Source: the human T2T-CHM13v2.0 reference genome, Homo sapiens. From it: a DNA stretch of 64,000 nt. The position numbers were made by a program, and so were the translations under genes. The stretch lies in assembly GCF_009914755.1 (NCBI RefSeq), contig NC_060938.1. One strand, written 5' to 3'. Position 1 is the stretch's first letter. Each line of letters starts with the position of its first letter. This document shows positions 1-18,989 of the stretch, in pieces. The notes under the pieces were generated by a model. The model ran no database searches and had not been told where the DNA came from. It worked only from the letters and a program-made list of their open reading frames with translations.

Positions 1-220
1 ACTCCCTAATCTCAAGTACCCAGGGACAAAACACTGCGGAAGGCTGCAGGGTCCTCTGCCTAGGAAAACCAGAGACCTTTGTTCACTTGTTTATCTGCCA
101 ACCTTCCCTCCACTATTGTCCTATGACCCTGCCAAATCCCCCTCTGCGAGAAACACCCAAGAATGATCAATAAAAAAATAAAAATTAAAAAAAAAAGTTA
201 AAAAAAAAAAAAAAGAAAAA
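1..220 (+). mobile_element. SVA retrotransposon 3' end (SINE-R, HERV-K LTR-derived) with poly(A) tail, truncated by the window edge
   Basis: Sequence ...GGAAAACCAGAGACCTTTGTTCACTTG...GAAACACCCAAGAATGATCAATAAA followed directly by an A-rich tail, the typical SVA terminus (an LTR would continue into U5). Confidence 0.85.
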
Positions 221-285
221 AGATTTGCTAAATGAAATCACTAAAGATGAACATAGAAACAGTCTGTAAAGTTAGCTAAATTATC

Positions 286-291
286 TTTATT
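286..291 (-). terminator. CCNB1IP1: Probable CCNB1IP1 polyadenylation signal AATAAA
   Basis: TTTATT on the + strand ~155 nt after the stop, at the end of an Alu A-tail, with GU/U-rich sequence downstream on the minus strand. Confidence 0.7.
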
Positions 292-446
292 TTTTTTTAG
301 AAACAGGGTCTCACTCTGTTGCCCAGGCTGGAGTGCAGTGGCATGATCTTAGATCACTAAAGCCTCAGACTCCTGGGCTCAAGTGATCCTCCCAGCCTCA
401 ACCTCCTAAGTAGCTGGGATCACAGGTGCGTGACACTATGCGTGGC
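292..446 (-). mobile_element. Alu right-arm/FRAM-like monomer forming the CCNB1IP1 3'UTR
   Basis: Minus strand reads GCCACGCATAGTGTCACGCACCTGTGATCCCAGCTAC...CCAGCCTGGGCAACAGAGTGAGACCCTGTTTCT-A-tail. Confidence 0.85.
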
Positions 447-5418
<4,972 letters not shown>

Positions 5419-5789
5419 AATAGGATAGTGAGGTCTCCAGAAGCTGAAGAGAGTCCTAAGAAGGGGTAAATAAAAAGGCCAAGTAAGTTAAATTGCAATG
5501 AAAATAAAAGTAAAAAAGAAATATAACATGCACGTTTTTATCATAAAATACTGCACATTTTATTATATTCCTTGTATTTATTATAATTGATATATTGATT
5601 TCAGTTACTCAATAATATTAATTGTGCTCGTTTGTCCGGTTTTCTAAAAACGCTTTAAGGACAAAGGTAAAGACAAAGGTGGTTACAGATCTTGCTAACG
5701 TCAAAAATAATATATACGTGGGCCAGGCTCAGTGGCTCAAGCGTACAATCCCAGCACTTTGGGAAGCCAAGGCAGGCGGGGTCCCTTCA

Positions 5790-6083
<294 letters not shown>

Positions 6084-6138
6084 TCACGAGGTCAGGAGTT
6101 CGAGACCAGCCTAACATGGTGAAATCCCATCTCTACTA

Positions 6139-6432
<294 letters not shown>

Positions 6433-6439
6433 TTACATC

Positions 6440-6910
6440 CGGCAGAGTAGGGGGCAGCGGGAAAGCAGAGGAGCTGGGAAGCTTTAAAGCTGAGCCCTCT
6501 CTCACGCAGCAGAGGCGCAGCTAATTCTGAATCTTCCACCAGCTGGGAGTAAGCGCCAATCTAACTTCTGTACAAGCTGCGTGAGGGGCAAGTTTTAGAG
6601 AAACAGACCCACAGAAATTACACTCTGGAATTTTCAGCCAGCTTTCCACGCTCAGTAGAGAAAATAATAGTAACAAATGATACTTAATCTGAGGCTGAAA
6701 GAAAAAGCGCGGAAAAACTCCGTTGCCTCCACAGCTCCACAAGCGAAGATTCCAGGATTCTCTGCGAGCGAGTGCTTCAGGGAACTACGCCAGAGCGCGC
6801 ATGCGTGGGGTTGCCCCGAAGCATCCTGGGACCTGCCAGGCTGAGGGAGTTGCGGGCCGCAGCTCCGGCTAAGAATCGGGAGAAATTCCCAGAAACAGAG
6901 TGACAGCTGT
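6440..6910. promoter_or_regulatory. Intronic CpG-rich promoter-like element upstream of the CCNB1IP1 coding exons
   Basis: Non-Alu CpG-rich stretch with NRF1-type GCGCATGCG (~6797-6805), ZNF143-like GGAACTAC (6781), E2F-type GCGGGAAA (6457-6464) and MYB-type CCGTTG (6720-6725). Confidence 0.5.
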
Positions 6911-7206
6911 AATTGGACAGCTGGCACCTCCATGTTGAGGTAGTCCACCATTTTATTTTTTATCCACCTTGGAATAGACATCTTTCCACTCTCACACATC
7001 CTCTATACACATTTAAGGAAATTATAATTTTCCTTGAGTCTGCATTACAAACATGCATTACAGCTCTTTAAATTAAGCGATAGTGGGCCGGGCGCGGTGG
7101 CTCACGCCTGTAATCCCAACACTTTGGGAGGCTGAGGCGGGCAAATCACCTGAGGTCAGGAGTTCCCGACCAGCGTGGCCAACACGGTGAAACCCTCTCT
7201 CTACTA

Positions 7207-7392
<186 letters not shown>

Positions 7393-7682
7393 TTAATTGA
7401 TAGTATTGAGGGTCAGAACTTTGAGGTGACCTACCTGCGTGCTCTCCTGGAACTGCTAGCAGTGTTTAAATGATTGCACTGTGCCAGTTTTACTCTAATG
7501 CTGTTGCCTGTCATTTTCTTTGCCCTTCTGTGCTTACCCATAGCAGCTGCTTTAGGTAATTATTTTCTGCTTAATCTATATGGATCTGTTAGAATTCAGA
7601 TTAAAAATTAACCTGAAGAGGAAAGCTAGACGGGTCCTCAGGATATAAACCTTAATGAAGCTTTTTTTTCTTTTCCAGATAG

Positions 7683-8009
<327 letters not shown>

Positions 8010-9520
8010 TAGTAACAGATGCAATTAGCCACGCAGTGGACATCAAACCCTGCAAACCCCTGAGTAGTGCCAAACCATAATATCAAATCTTTTTCCTTCA
8101 AACAAAAAACTGTCAAAAACTGTGCAACTTCCTACAAGGTTTGTCATCTGTTTCGGAGTAATTAGGCCTTTGTACATTTCCTAAAATATCTTCTGATAAC
8201 TTTAAAGTGGTAATTTAATTTTGGTATAAACCAGTTCCAAAAAAAGGAGATCTTCATGTGTGAACCATATACTCCCTAACATCTGTTTTTGGCTGTTTGA
8301 GCCTTCTGTGTGAATTCTGGTTTTAACTATGCCAAATGTAGAAATATTAATACAAAAAATAGTACAACTCATTTAAAGTTGAAAAATGCAAAATATTCTA
8401 ATTTGACTAGTACCTAACTTTGTGATCCTAGCCAATTCCCTTTGCACTGCAATATGATCACTTCCTGGAGATGTATCTAAGTTAATAAATACTTAACATT
8501 AATTCATTTTAACACCATGTACTGCAAATATGCTACAATTTATCCATTCTTCTAATAGACATTGATTGCGGGTTTTTACAATTAAAAACAATACTGCAAT
8601 GAACATTCTGTACATGTCTCCTTGAGTCCACGTGCCAAAAATTCCTCTAGAATATAACACCCAGAGCCTGGGTTAGTATATCAGCAACTTCAAATCAACT
8701 AAATGTTGCCAAACCACTCTCCAAAGTAAAAGCATAAATTTCACTGCCACCAGCAAAGTATAGAAGAGCCCAATGCTATAAATTCAGCAACATGCACACA
8801 TGTCAAGTTGTTTTACTTTATTTCATTGTTGTCTATCTGATGACAGCGAAATGGTATCTCAGTGTTGTTTTAATGTACAACTCTTTCATTACTCATAAGA
8901 GTGAGCATTTTTTCATCTGAATGACTACTCAGGGATCCTCATCTGTGATTTGCCTGTTCATGTCCTTTGATGACTTTCTTGATTTATATGGAGTCATTTA
9001 ACAGTAATATGACATGCAAACATAAGTTTGAATTTTAGTGTACACAAATTTATCAACTTTTCCTTTTTGTACTTATGTCTACTCCAATATCATACTCTTG
9101 TTTTCAATAATTCTAAAGTTTTGCTTTTCATATATACAACTTTAATTCATTCTTCCCAACATAAAGAGTCTGAATAACTTACAATAAGAGTTGTGAAGGC
9201 CAGGCCAGAGTGACCACGACATTCAAGAAAGCAAACATTCCAACAACTTCAGTATTTGATGGAGTGGTAGTCTAGTCTGTAACATTCCTAGGTTATATTT
9301 ACCATGCAAGGGATACAATATGCATCAAAATATTAGAAATGTATTTCATTTGCTTTTAGAATGATATTTCATCATATTTATTGGCTATAAAAAACAAGGC
9401 AACCAACCACAAAGACAAAACTACTCAGAATAACAAAATTATATTCCAGCTCTTTGGGAGGCCAAGGCAGGTGGATCACCTGAGGTCAGGAGTTTGAGTC
9501 CAGCCTGGCCAACATGATCA

Positions 9521-9745
<225 letters not shown>

Positions 9746-11440
9746 TCAGGCCAGGCGCAATGGCTCACGCCTATAATCCCAGCACTTTGGGGGGGTCAAG
9801 GTGGGTGGATCACCTGAGGTCGGGAGTTCGAGACCAGCCTGACCAACATGGAGAAACCCCATCTCTACTAAAAATACAAAAATTAGCTGGGTATGGTGGT
9901 GCATGCCTGTAATCCCAGCTACTCAGGAGGCTGAGGCAGGAGAATAGCTTGAACCTGGAAGGCGGGTTTGCAGTGAGCCGAGATCACACCATTGCACTCC
10001 AGCCTGGGCAGCAAGAGCAAACTCCGTCTCAAAAAAAAAAAAGAAATACTTTCCATGAGAATCTATATAGAGAAAAGCAGTCTGAAGATATTATAATTAA
10101 GGAGAAAAGGCTTTGAGTTTCAAGTAGTAGTTGTGCTATATTTGAACACATAGAAGTAACTTCCTGTTTATTTTGATACCTTGTTTTTATAGCCAAAAGT
10201 TGAGATTTGCAACAGAAAAGTCTGACTGCCTGAAGACCTAACATATTTCTTGTAATTTGTAAAATGGTTTAACTCAGTTGTTTACTGTTTTTAGACAAAC
10301 TACTGAATATTCATGAAATGTATATTATCGATGAAGCAATTTCAAGAATCTTTTTTTTTTTTGAGACGGAGTCTTGCTCTGTCACCCATGCTGGAGTGCA
10401 GTGGCACGATCTCAGCTCACCGCAACCTCCGCCTCCCGGGTTCAAGCAATTCCTTGCCTCAGCCTCCCGCATAGCTGGGACTACAGGCACGCTGCCCCAC
10501 CCAGCTAATTTTTTTTGTATTTTTAGTAGAGACGGGGTTTCACCATCTTGGCCAGGCTGGTCTTGAACTCCTAGACCTCGTGATCTACCCTGCTCGGCCT
10601 TCTGAAGTGCTGGGATCATCGGCGTGATCAAGAATCTTAATTTAAAGAATACGTTTCATATTCTGGCCAACACAAGTTATTACAGTTGCATACCATTTGT
10701 GAGATTCTGGTATAAGCACGAGTATTAAATCTCATTACAAAAACAGTGAAGTATACCAGACTTTCAATATTTGGATTTTTATTTTGTACCCCTTGCATGT
10801 TAAATATACCATCATGGATGTAAACACAGCATATAGGACAGTATACTTTAGTCAAAACAATTGAGAATATTTCAACATGAAGCAGAAATGAGTTTTTAAC
10901 CATACCTGAATGGTATGTGCAATTTAACTCAACGATAAATATCAAGTAAGATTGTAAATAAAATATTAACAATAAAAGATTTCCTACTAAATACCAGTAA
11001 GGTTTTATGTATCTATTCCTCACATAAATAGATTGGTTTTGGCAGTCATTCTTATAATAGGCACTGATTCCAGGTTTTACAATTAAAAACAATACCACAG
11101 TGAATGTTCTATACATGTCTCCTTGAGTACATATGCCAAGAATTCCTTTTGGAAACCGCCCTGGTTTGTCAATCAGGGCTTCCCCCACCTTCCCCACCAC
11201 CCCACCCTGAACCCTCTATGGCTCCCACACCCAGAGACTAGGTTAGTATATAAGCAAGTATTTTTTTGGTATCTCTTTTGGGCCAAGCCTTAGGGCAAAA
11301 GAAGGTATCCTGCTTTCATGGAGTTTACAATCTACCAAAGGATCTAAGAATAACAGAAGAAAATGAAAATATTATTTTATTCTTTCCTTTGCCACCTCTT
11401 ACATTTTTGCAAATTGATTCCATAAAGCCATTTCTGGTGA

Positions 11441-11773
<333 letters not shown>

Positions 11774-12070
11774 TAAAGTGCTGGGATTATAGGTGTGAGC
11801 CACCGCACCCAGCCAAAAAGTGTATTTTTAAAACTGCCCTGACGTGTGTGAGCAACCACTCTAAAAAACTGAGTAAACCATTTAAAATTTGAACATGAAT
11901 GACTTTAGAGTATAATGTTTCAGTAACTCTCAGAATCAACTGGCTTTATTTCACAGCGCCAGATGACAGCTATCTAATTACTATATGCTCGTGTTTTGAA
12001 ACTAGGCTGCTTCTTTTATTTTTTTAATCACAGGTACATTTTCTTAATCTGGAATCACCACCCGTTTAGT

Positions 12071-12218
12071 AATTGTTTGACTCCGCAAAAATCAGAAGGC
12101 ACTAACGGACAGCCAGCCCATCCTCATGGTGCCCTGAGTGAAGATAAGCCATTTTTGATATATGATGGATCAAAATCCCACTGCCTAAGGCTTCAAGCAG
12201 TGAGAGGAACAGCCATCA
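12071..12218 (-). ncRNA. SNORA79B: Box H/ACA snoRNA SNORA79B (148 nt), intronic in CCNB1IP1
   Basis: Minus strand TGATGGCTG...CCATCA hairpin, H box ATATCA, second hairpin, ACA 3 nt from the end (AAACAATT). Sequence and host recognised. Confidence 0.88.
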
Positions 12219-12307
12219 AAGTTTAACTCCAACCACATTAATTTAAGAAACGTTTATAAAAAATAAAGACATCCCAACCTGGGCAACATGGCAAAACCCC
12301 ATCTCTA

Positions 12308-12499
<192 letters not shown>

Positions 12500-12563
12500 T
12501 TATAAGATAGGAATCATTACATCTAAGTAAGAACTAGAGGCCGGGCGTGGTGGCTCACGCCTA

Positions 12564-12857
<294 letters not shown>

Positions 12858-13061
12858 TCAACTGATCCAGCAAGGGAAAATGAGGAACTAGATAACAAGT
12901 TAGTACCAAAATCAAGATTAACCAACTAAAGAAAATGTTATTCCAACAATTATATAAAGATACACATTATAGTGCCTATGACTAATTCTAGAACTTAATT
13001 AAGTTTTGAGGGGCGGGGTGAAGGTAATGAGGGGTAGTCTAATTAACAGAAAGATATATAA

Positions 13062-13356
<295 letters not shown>

Positions 13357-14092
13357 TGAGCCACCACGTCAGGCCAAAACAAAGAATTTTCGTCAATCTA
13401 TTATGCAGATGTCAAAAATTGCCAGGTAGTACAGAATATAAGAGAAATATACGCATGGATTCTGATGACAAATAGTTAACATCAAACTGAGCATTTACCG
13501 TATGCTTTACCCACACCCTTACTAATTTAATCTTCAAAATAACCACCCTGAGTCAAATACTATTGCCATCCTCTAAAATATAAAACTAAGACATAGATAT
13601 TAGGAAACTTGCCAATGCTGCATAACTGGTGAAGTGATAGAGCATGCGTTTGAACTCAGTCTGACTCCAGAACCCATATATATACTATACAATGCTACTT
13701 CTCAACATCTTTAATTGACTCTTTTTTTTGGAGACGGAATCTCGCTATCACCCAGGCTGGAGTATAGTTGCGCTCTCTCTGCTTACTAAAACTTCCACCT
13801 CCTGGGTTCAAGCCTCAGCCTCCTGAGTAGCTGGGACTACAGGCGCACACCACCAGGCCCAGATAATTTTTTGTATTTTTTTAGTAGAGATGGGGTTTTG
13901 CCATGTTGGCCAGTCTGGTCTCAAACTCCTGAGCTCAGACAATCCACCCACCTCGGCCTCCCAAAGTGCTAGGATTACAGGTGTGAGCCACCACGCCTGG
14001 CCTCAACTGACTTTTAAAAAGTGAAATTTAGCCGGGCACGGTGGCTCACGCCTGTAATCCCAGCACTTTGGGAGGCCGAGGCGGGCGGATCA

Positions 14093-14345
<253 letters not shown>

Positions 14346-14431
14346 TTAGCAGCTGGCCATGAAGTCACAAACCTGAATTTTCAAAGACTCATATATATGG
14401 CAAAGCTTCTCAATCTCAACGTAAGCCTTAC

Positions 14432-14546
14432 CATAAAAGAAAAACGCAGTACTCATCTACAGTATATCCAGGATTTACAGCACCAAAGAGGTCCAGACTG
14501 GAACAGCGAAACTCAGATCTGGTTTCAGTCTCTTGAAATTTTACTC
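14432..14546 (-). other. CCNB1IP1: CCNB1IP1 5'UTR exon (115 nt)
   Basis: Acceptor ttttgcag|GAGTAAAA and donor TTATG|gtaagg. Confidence 0.8.
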
Positions 14547-15342
14547 CTGCAAAAGACAACAAAAGCTAAAAAATTATTTCAAGTCCTGATGTTACTTTGA
14601 GTTGTTTGTATTTCCTGTATTTCACCCTTCTTTCTACCTAATTCTCTGCTGAAAATGCAGGCACGGGTAAAGAATATAAGCTTGTCCTAAGTTACCTAAA
14701 ATAACTTTTAAAATATTACAATACATGAATACAATAAAATTAGAAAATAGGTTTATAATAATAAAAGATTACTTGTAGAACCCAATTCTAGAGAAAATAA
14801 CCCCCTAGTATTTTAGTATATATGTCCTTTCAGTTTTCTTAAGCAAACATATGCATATAAAAATATTTAAGCAGAAACATATTGCTCTATATAATCTGTT
14901 TTTCATGTGTCATGAATACCGTTCTATTTCAATAAACATAAAACTGTATCATAACTTTTAAGTGATTCTATAGTGTTGTACCGTATAGTCTTCACAAAAT
15001 TGATTTAACCAACTCTGTGTTTCCTTTAATCTACATGTATAGATTGATAAAATAATGATTAGTTTAAAACTGCCAGGCTAAATTGCCTATAGAATTATAC
15101 CAGTTGCCAGTGCTTTTTCTGTAGTGTTTGAACTTTTAGATTAATGATTCCTGACCCTAGTTCTAACTCACAAAAGTGATTTTTTGGGGATATAGAGATA
15201 TCACAAAAGATCAAAGCACAACAAAACATTAGTCTCAAATTCATAATTTATTAAGATTTAAGAATTACCTGGGATTACAGACTAAATCCCAGTATGAATT
15301 CCAACAAGCAGAATTCAATTGCAGGTGTTTGCCCCTAGCTTT

Positions 15343-15419
15343 AGTCTGCTCAGAGCATGTGTTTAATCAGGCTGATCAGCTGAAACACGGACTTAACATG
15401 CATTTCATCATGGCAAACT
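15343..15419 (-). ncRNA. SNORD126: Box C/D snoRNA SNORD126, intronic in CCNB1IP1
   Basis: C box ATGATGA (15411-15405), D' CTGA, C' TGATTA, D box CTGA (15353-15350), terminal stem GTTTGC/GCAGAC. Confidence 0.9.
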
Positions 15420-15608
15420 GTAAATGACTGAGGAAGGGCAAACCAGCACTGGCTCCTCATCCCTAAACAGGAAAATTCTCCTAAGGTTAGAACTGGGGAT
15501 TTTTTTTAATTACCAAATTCCATCCACTAATAACACCGAGTCCCAAGTCTTGCTAAGTGATTAGAAATCCAAATGAGGTAAAAACGAAGATTTTGCTCTT
15601 ACTCTTAC

Positions 15609-15686
15609 CTCTGGCATCACATGAATCCAGCTTCTATCTAGAAATCCAGTTGAACCACAGGATCTATCAATTATCTAGGATCATTT
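15609..15686 (-). other. CCNB1IP1: CCNB1IP1 5'UTR exon (78 nt)
   Basis: Acceptor ttttccag|AAATGATCC and donor GAG|gtaaga. Confidence 0.8.
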
Positions 15687-16390
15687 CTGGAAAATTTAAA
15701 AAACATAAATAAATTCACAAAGGTTATGATTACATGACAACTCACACCAGCATGTTCTATACCAAGTCACAAGAAAATTTAGAGTAACCGTTCATCCTTT
15801 ATTTAACTCTCCATTCATTAATATAAATTATTGACTCATCTATTTGGAGAATGTCACCAAATGCCCAAGCTCAATATCAAATAGGGCAGGATCAGGAGTT
15901 CAAGGTTACAGTGAGCTGTGATCGTGCCACTGTACTCCAGCCTAGGCAACAGAGTAAGACCCCGTCTCGAACAAAACAAAAAAAATTTAACAACAACAAC
16001 AAAAAAAAACCGAGCAGGACCCCTACACAAGCTTAATTTTGTATAAATTTACAAGCTTGGATAAAACTGCACAATAGTCTAACCAACTTCTGAAAGGCTA
16101 TAAAGGTCAACAACCTCACAGTAAGAAAACAGTTATGCAAGAGGAAGGAGTCAAGAACTTTTAAGATTCAGATAACTGAGAAAATAATCCAAAATAGTCA
16201 GTTTTTTCAAAGCATGTTTCAATTTCATTTGAGCCAATGCCGGATTGTATTTAACCTTTACTCTTCGTAATCCTTTGTCAAAATAATCTGAAGAAAATCT
16301 TCCCTTTATATAGGAAAATTGAATTAGTAACATTTGTAACCCAAGTCTGCCACAAGATGGCAGTGTAAGAAAGAGTCTTGCTTTAATTTC

Positions 16391-16464
16391 CTCTTCCAGC
16401 ATTTGCGTGTCATCTGAACTTTCAGGTCAAATACATACTAGATACGCAATTCATCTTTGCAGGC
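16391..16464 (-). pseudogene. Decayed SNORD126-like box C/D snoRNA paralogue (candidate)
   Basis: Ungapped alignment to SNORD126 with identical C-D'-C'-D spacing and ~37/62 identity; boxes AAGATGA / CTGA / AGATGA / CTGG. Confidence 0.55.
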
Positions 16465-18066
16465 AACCTTCACACTATTCCCTACTCTTCACCTAATTAC
16501 TAGCTAGAAAATTTTTTGTATTTACTTGTAATGATCATCTAAAACTTGTTAGCTAAAAATACTGCAGTTATACTTTCATCATTATGTTCTTTTTCATGCA
16601 GCAGTGTGGAGATTTAAAAATCCATAACCTCAGATACAATCTAGCCAGAAAGACAAGACTCACAGAAATTAACATACCACCAAATAAGTAGTAGAAAGCA
16701 AGTAAGGTTAAGAAAAGAAGTAGGATTGGTCAAGGAAGGCTTCATGAAGCAAAAAGAGTGGGTCACAAGTGGACCTTAAAGTTGCATGTCCAATAAGTAA
16801 CCACTTAATTAGAGTTAAAAATTAAATTTCTCCCATTACCCTAGTCACATTTTCATTACTCAATAGCTAAATTGGCAGTACAAACATAGAGCATTTCCAT
16901 CATAACAGAAGGCTCCATTGGACATCAGTGCCTTTAAGAATGGGTCTAAAATAAGCTGACAGAAAAGAAAGCAGTGGCTATCATTCTTTAGAAATCCTAT
17001 CTGTCAAGCAGTATAGAATTTGTATCATTTAAATTTTACAACCCCCTATTTACAGGAAAATTGAGGCTCAGAAAAATTACATAAATTTCCTAAGGTCACC
17101 TAACTAGTAAGAGCTAGGATTTAAATTCAATTCCATCAAAACTCCATACTCTTCAATTCACCATGGTACTTCCTACAGGAAATACACAGAGCTAAAGGTT
17201 TGCTTTAAAATGTAATGCAGTGACATGCTAGCTCAGTAGGTTGGAAAGAAACTGAAGCATTTTAAATATCTCAGACAGATATGATCAAAATGTTATTTTA
17301 CTCCTTCCTTGCCCTATACTTAGCTTTAACTATGTAAAATGTTTTCAGATCAGCAGGATGCAAGGTTAACTAAGAGAATGTAGACAAGAAGCAAGACATG
17401 GTGTGAAAGGTTTCTCCAGTTTTAACAATGTCTACCTTAAAACTCCTTGATCTCTCCAAACCTAAAATAAATTTTTTTAAAAAGGAAATTAAAAAAAAAA
17501 CTACTTGATCTAAGTATTCTTACAGGATAATAATTATAGGTTGAAAGGAACAACTTCTCTATTAATCTCAACTCACAAACAAAACCCAGATTGCAAGAGG
17601 CCTGGTCTTTTTGTTTTGACACATAGCACAAAGCCTGGCACATAAATCCTGATGTTAAATATGTGATACCTTTCCCAATGTGTGATGCTTCCCTGCAGGA
17701 TTCTAGTCATGCATGCTTCAACAAGTGTCATTCCACCATACAAAGGACATTTCGTATTTACTAAGTATTGTGCAAATGCTCCATAAACAATCAATGATCC
17801 CAGCATTTTGTTGACTGTGGGCAGTAATCACTTCAAAGTACTAGTGTTCATAGCCAAAAGGTACATTTTATATGTGTGAACAGATGCTTCATGAAGGCCT
17901 AATACAAACTACAAATTGATACTAAATCAGCAGATACTCGTGTTAAGATTTCATCACCATTCCTTTTGACTCTATTCCAATTTACTCAGTGCCACCTAGC
18001 ATTATAGGATACAATGGTAACTCGAATCTCTAAGCTAGGCTTTTTAGATAGGAAAGACACACATAC

Positions 18067-18266
18067 GTGTAATGAAGAGAACTTAAGGCAGCTTATCTTG
18101 ATCAAAATTCAAGTACCAGGCTTTAGGTACCATCAGCCTTTAACCCTTTCTGTTGAGAATATCCAAATCCAAGCCCATATGATTTTCAGGGGGTCTACAG
18201 ATGGGCCAGTTCTGGACTGGCACACAGGGTGCTGGACTTCCCTCCTCAGTGGATTTCATCTTCAAC
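18067..18266 (-). other. CCNB1IP1: CCNB1IP1 5'UTR exon (200 nt) containing a 39-codon uORF (18259-18140)
   Basis: Acceptor tgtttcag|GTTGAAGATG and donor CAC|gtatgt. Confidence 0.8.
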
Positions 18267-18989
18267 CTGAAACAAAATGAACACACAAAATTTTGTTCAT
18301 AGGAAGTAAATACTAAACTAATAGCTTGGTATAGTTTTCCTTTAGAGATAGTTATATAAGGTACTGCTATCAGAACAGACTCCAAGTTTTATTTCCCACT
18401 CACTATCAGTTTCCTTCCTTTTTAAGGCAGAATAGTATTCCACTGTACATATGTATAATATTTGCTTTATCCATTCATCCGTTGATGGACCCTTAGGTCA
18501 ATTCCGTATCTTGGCTTTTGTGAATAATGATGCAATGAACATGGGAGTATAGGTATCTCTGACATACTAATTTTATTTCCTTTGAATATACCCAGAAATG
18601 GGATTTCTGGATTATATGGTAGTTCTATTTTTAATTTTTTGAGAAATTTCCATACTGTTTTCCATCATAGCTGCACTAATTAATATTCCCTAAAATAATA
18701 GATTTTGAAATCATACTAAACTAGATTTTAATCCTGGCTCTCTCATGTATTTGCTGTGCCCATGGGTAAGTTATGCAACTTCTCTAAACTTCAGCTGTCC
18801 CCTCTGTAAAATGAGGACAAATACTACATACCTCTTAAAACTTCCGTGAAGACTGAGGTAATAAATACATTTTGCACTGTAGCTGGCATGGAGTTAAATG
18901 TTTAATATGTTATTTCTATGTCTTGCCCAAGCTCAACCAGCTAGTGAGTAGAAAGGCAAATATTCTGCCTAAAAATTTCACACTTTTCC

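Noticed and set aside
5623-5645. GTGCTCG resembling the U6 snRNA 5' end
   Set aside because: Similarity stops after 7 nt.
10637-11200. 187-aa minus-strand ORF, the longest in the track
   Set aside because: Non-ATG start, AT-rich, overlaps decayed repeat and duplicated sequence, no recognisable domain.
17227-17250. GCTAGCTCAGTAGGT resembling a tRNA A-box
   Set aside because: No B-box or cloverleaf follows.
17772-17780. GCAAATGCT 9-mer matching the decayed paralogue's guide region
   Set aside because: A 9-nt match is at chance level in a 22-kb gene.
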